Source: the human T2T-CHM13v2.0 reference genome, Homo sapiens | Length of the DNA: 64,000 nt | Assembly: GCF_009914755.1 (NCBI RefSeq) | Contig: NC_060936.1 | Reading direction: 5' to 3' (one strand) | Part shown: positions 59,631-64,000 of the stretch, one piece after another | Layout of the letters: each line of letters opens with the position of its first letter | Position numbering within the stretch: the stretch's first letter is position 1 | Position numbers and translations under genes: made by a program | The notes under the pieces: generated by a model | Seen by the model: only the letters and a program-made list of their open reading frames with translations | Database searches by the model: none | What the model was told of the DNA's origin: nothing

Positions 59631-59699
59631 CCCTCTGACTAGTTATCTGACAACAGGGAATAAAGAACAACAAAAAGCATAAAAACAACAGTAATAACA

Positions 59700-61000
59700 C
59701 AAAAAATACTTTAGTTTTTTCACAGATATCCTTGAATTACAGATGACACTGACTGGCAGTGGATGGCTGTGCTGTTACAGAATCATTCAGGGTGCCCCCC
59801 AAAGATATAGAAGAAGTGACATTCTCTTAGGGATAATAACCTGGAGGTGATACATCTTTTATTCACCAGAAGGAAAGATAACATGTAGGGAATATCAAGA
59901 GGGATAAACAATTTAATTCAATAAATAAAGAAGTAGAAAAAAGTGGAGAACTTGTAAAATAGGCATTTCTAAAAGAAATGTATGCTTATATATCTCAACA
60001 TGACCCATATTTGCCAGTAGTTCCTGTTCCCTGAGATAGCCATTTAATAGATGACCTAGCATGTCTTACACCATGGACAGTCCAGTCAATCTTTTTTCTC
60101 CAGCCATGACAATGCTTACTCTAACTTCTCATGAACAGAATTGCAAAGACGGAGGGATGAAGTCTTTACAAGGCTCAATAACATGTACTTCCTTTTAATT
60201 TGCCACAACAGCCGGGCTCACCACTATGCTGGTGGCAGATTGATTACCTAAACTACTTCTCTAATGAATGGATAGGACGGAAATTATTATTCACTGAAAT
60301 ATACAAAGTAATGATTCATATTTGCTTTCCTTCACCGTCAAGCTTCTGCCCTCATCACCATATGCAGAATTTCTAATTACTTTACTCATAGTCATAGTAT
60401 CCCACATAGCATTGCTTCTCAATAAGGAAGTCTTTTTAGGGATAATTAATTAAGGTGATGTGTTGATTCTTAAGGGTTTTACCATGTTTTCCATAACCTG
60501 AATACAGCTATCCTTGTAGAATACATGGAATGATCTACTGAAAATCAACTTATGATGTTCATTGTTAAAAATAAGATCTTATGAGATGGGGATGTGATCC
60601 AACAGGATGCAGTATAAACTTTGAACAAGTGGCCATTATATTTATATAATATAATCTTTCACTATTATACCTAATGTACTACTAGCAAATGTCTACTTCC
60701 TGTCTATGCTGAATTCAGATGTTTTAGAGTTTTTAGCATTTGAGAGAGAAAACTTCCACAAGGGGTAACAACATTTTCATTGAATTCCAAGTTATGATGT
60801 TATTCTGCCATTTGGGGGCTTTTCATACCACTGGACCGGCAAGAAAGGGAAGATTTTTTAGCTGCAGTGATGATCGTAATTATTCAGAGGAAATAGTTTC
60901 TACTGTATGGGATATGGAAGCCCAGGGATGTTCTAGAACACTTTCTACTACTCTCATGTCCAGCAAATTCTCAACTTTCTTTTTTCTTAACTAAATTTCT
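59700..61000 (+). mobile_element. Decayed ERVL/MaLR internal region with integrase-like remnant
   Basis: Broken frames encode WQIDY (~60233), FAF, HSIPHSIASQ*G (~60394) and WNDLLK (~60526), matching the ERVL integrase core. Confidence 0.7.
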
Positions 61001-61445
61001 TCTTCTGAGAAGAAACTCAGAGAACTCAGTACTTTTATATATAAAGAACCTTAACTTAGATGCAAGCTGAGGAATAGATAATAAAGAAAGAAACCTATAA
61101 ACATAATTGATAAGTCAGATAAAGAGTTGCAGAGCCAAGAACTATTGTAGTTAATCATATTTTCTCCCCTAATTGTTCTATGTATATGTACTTAACTGTT
61201 CTCCTTGCTCAATTTTTCTTCTTTTTCCTACTGAAAAATAAGCTGACTTATTGATAGTTCAGTTAATTAAGTCCATGTATTGTATGCTTGCAAGACAGGG
61301 TTGAATATGAACTAGAGATACAATGAAAACAACCAGATATGAAAGCAGTGACTTGGTAAGACATAAGATTCCCCTTTTGGAAAGAGTTACCATGTCTTAC
61401 CTTATGCATGTATAGTTGTACTATGGGAAGCTGGGGCATGATGAT

Positions 61446-61783
61446 TGTATTACTCTGTTTTCTTGCTGCTGATAAAGACATACCTGAGACTGGGAAATTT
61501 ATAAAAGAAAGAGGTTTAATGGACTTACAGTTCCACATGGTTGGGGAGGCCTCACAATCACGGTGGAAGGCAAAGAGAAGCAAGTCACAACTTAACGTGG
61601 ATGGCAGCAGACAAAGAGAGAGCTCTTGTGGGGAAACTCCTGTTTTTAAAACCATCAGATCTCATAAGACTTATTCACTATCACGAGAACAGCACGGGAA
61701 AGATCTGCTCTCATGATTCAACTACCTCCCACCAGGTTTCTCCCACAACACGTGGGAATTGTGGGAGTTACAATTCAAGATGA
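61446..61783 (-). mobile_element. THE1B/C-like MaLR LTR, missing ~30 bp at its 5' terminus
   Basis: GCTGCTGATAAAGACATACCTGAGACTGGG...GGGAGGCCTCACAATC...TACAATTCAAGATGA. Confidence 0.9.
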
Positions 61784-62399
61784 TTTTGCTATTCTATTGT
61801 CTAGAGAAGTATGCATATAAATACTGAGGAGTCAAAAGAGTGGATTATAAACTATACTTCAAATTGTCTCATTCAATACCATTTTAGGACCTCAGATAAG
61901 ACAGATACAAGATTTTTCAGATTCTTTGTAGCCAGAATTTCACATGCGATTTAGCTTGTTCCAAGCAAATATTTCTCCAAGACAATATACATAAGACTTG
62001 GAACTGAAGTTGACATGTCCAGGGGTATTTGTTCTTTTATGGCCATGGGGATGTACTGTTGGTTCTTAGTTTCATTGATTGGTAGGAGAATACTGTCTGT
62101 GGGAACAGCTCCACAGTTTGGGTAGTCATTGTGCTGGCTGTATGTTCTCCAAACTTATTTTCTACATACACATCCTCCAAATTCTGTGAGCTACCTTATA
62201 CTTTATAGATTATACATTAGACATTATAGATTGCTTAGTCATATGTAACAAAAGTACAAAGAATAGCATGGAAGTAATCACCAATACAGAATATAGGGTA
62301 TTTTAGGAATGGAGAAAGAGAAATGTGATAAGAAAGTGGTAAATACGATCTTTGACTAAATTGACACATGCTGTACTTATTGAGCTGCATACTGTTTAT

Positions 62400-62870
62400 G
62401 TCTATTGCAACATTTGAGCAACATCAGAGTGAAGTATAATATAAGGACAAACCTAGTAAACACAGAGCATTCCAGGAAGAAGAAACAGTAGGGATCAGAG
62501 ATAGCAGGAATCATGCTTGTTCAATTTAAGAACAACTTTGAAGCCTGTGTGGCTGGCATGTACTAAACTAGAAAACAAAGTCAAACCAAAAGGCCAGATC
62601 ACATAGGGTCTGTGGGTCAAAACAAAGCCTTTTAGATTAATGCATAGTGTAATGAAAACCCACTTCAGTATTTTCAACAGAGGAGCTTCTTGAGCTGACA
62701 TTCGTTTTTAATGATCACTTTGCAATGGTGTGGAGAATATTACAGGGAGCCCTGTGGAAGGCAGTAGCAGTATTCCAAACTAGAGATGATGGTAGCTTGG
62801 AGTTGGGTGATGGCTGTGGAGATGGTAAGAGTTGGGTAAATTCCTGTATATTTTGAAGATATTCCTCACA
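62400..62870 (-). mobile_element. L2 relic
   Basis: AGAGCATTCCAGG, GGCCAGATCACATAGGG and GAGATGATGGTAGCTTGG. Confidence 0.7.
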
Positions 62871-62994
62871 GAAAATGGCACTCAAACTAAAGGGAAATAA
62901 ATGGTTTAGTCAAAATACAGGATTGGAATATTGAGATATTCCCTACCTTGAGAGAGGATAAAATTTAAACCAAAGCAAATTGTAGATGGATTAA

Positions 62995-64000
62995 AAATTC
63001 AACGCAACCCCTATCAAAATACCAACAATGTTCTTCACAGAAACAGAAAAACATGATCCTGAAATTTATATAGAACACAAAAAACACAGAGTAGACAAAG
63101 CAATCCCAAGTAAAAGTAACAAAGCTAGAGGCATCACATTACCTGACTTCAAATTATACTACAAAATTATAGTAGCTATGACAAAATGGTACTGGTGTAA
63201 AAACAAACATATAGACCAATGGGATAGAATGGAAAACCCATCAGTAAATCTGCACATTTACAGTTGACATGTTTTCAAAAAAAGTTGCCAAGAACATACA
63301 TTGGAGAAAGGAGAGTTTCTTCAATAAATGGTGCTGGGAAAAGTGAATATCCATATGCAAACTAGACTCCTATCTCTCACCATATACAAAAATCAACTCA
63401 AAATGGATTAAAGACTTAAATCTAAGACCTGAAGCTATGAAGCTGCTAGATGAAAACATTGGGAAAGGATTCCAGGACATTGGTTTGGGCAAATATTTTT
63501 TGAGTAAGACCTCAAAATGATAGGCAACCAAAGCAAACATGAACAAATGGGATCACATCAAGTTTAAAGGTTTCTGCATAGCAAATGAAATCCTCAACAA
63601 TGTGAAAAGACAACTCACACACAGAATGGTAAAAAACATTTGTAAACTACTCATCTGACAAGGGATTATTAACCAGAACATGTAAGGAACTGAAACAATT
63701 CAACAGAAACAAAAATCTGATTAAAAAATGGGAAAATGATCTGAATAGACATTTGTCAAAAAGGAAAACCATACAAACAGCCAACAGGTATATTTTTTAA
63801 ATTCTCAACTTTACCAATCTTCAGAGAAATGCAAATTAAAACTATAATGAGACATAATCTCATCTCAGTTGAAATGGCTTTCATCCAAAAGACAAGCAAT
63901 AACAAATGTTGGAGAGAATGTGGAGAAAAGGGAACCCCTCCACAATGTTGGTGAGAATGTAAATTAGTACAGCCATTAAGTAGAACAGTATGAAGGTTCC
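62995..64000 (+). mobile_element. L1MA-like ORF2 3' region (runs off window)
   Basis: ORF 63028-63267 ([27 protein letters not shown]). Confidence 0.9.

Noticed and set aside
61714-61724. DUX4 site position in the THE1 LTR
   Set aside because: Reads TGATTCAACTA rather than TGATTCAATTA, and the LTR is terminally truncated.

Overview
AT-rich primate (human-like) nuclear DNA, intergenic or deep-intronic, and dominated by interspersed repeats. These include L1 of many ages (L1PA, L1PB, L1MA, L1ME-like), Alu (J, S, Y), L2 and MIR relics, TcMar-Tigger and hAT DNA transposons, solo ERV1/ERVL/MaLR LTRs and a decayed ERVL-type integrase region. I see no intact host gene, RNA gene, CpG island or CRISPR array. 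The ORFs I can assign are L1 ORF2 fragments or Alu/low-complexity frames; the rest look like chance ORFs. Subfamily names come from recalled consensus sequences and need RepeatMasker/Dfam confirmation. I do not find convincing evidence for a new biological system. The most interesting signals are: (1) three short (21-50 bp) same-orientation copies of sequence 0.7-1.6 kb away, two of them clearly ectopic and consistent with templated-insertion repair scars; (2) two clean twin-primed, 5'-inverted L1PA insertions with resolvable TSDs and junction microhomology; (3) a tail-less AluY/AluS fusion; (4) an intact MLT2A-type LTR with a DUX4-like motif and splice donor upstream of a candidate exon.
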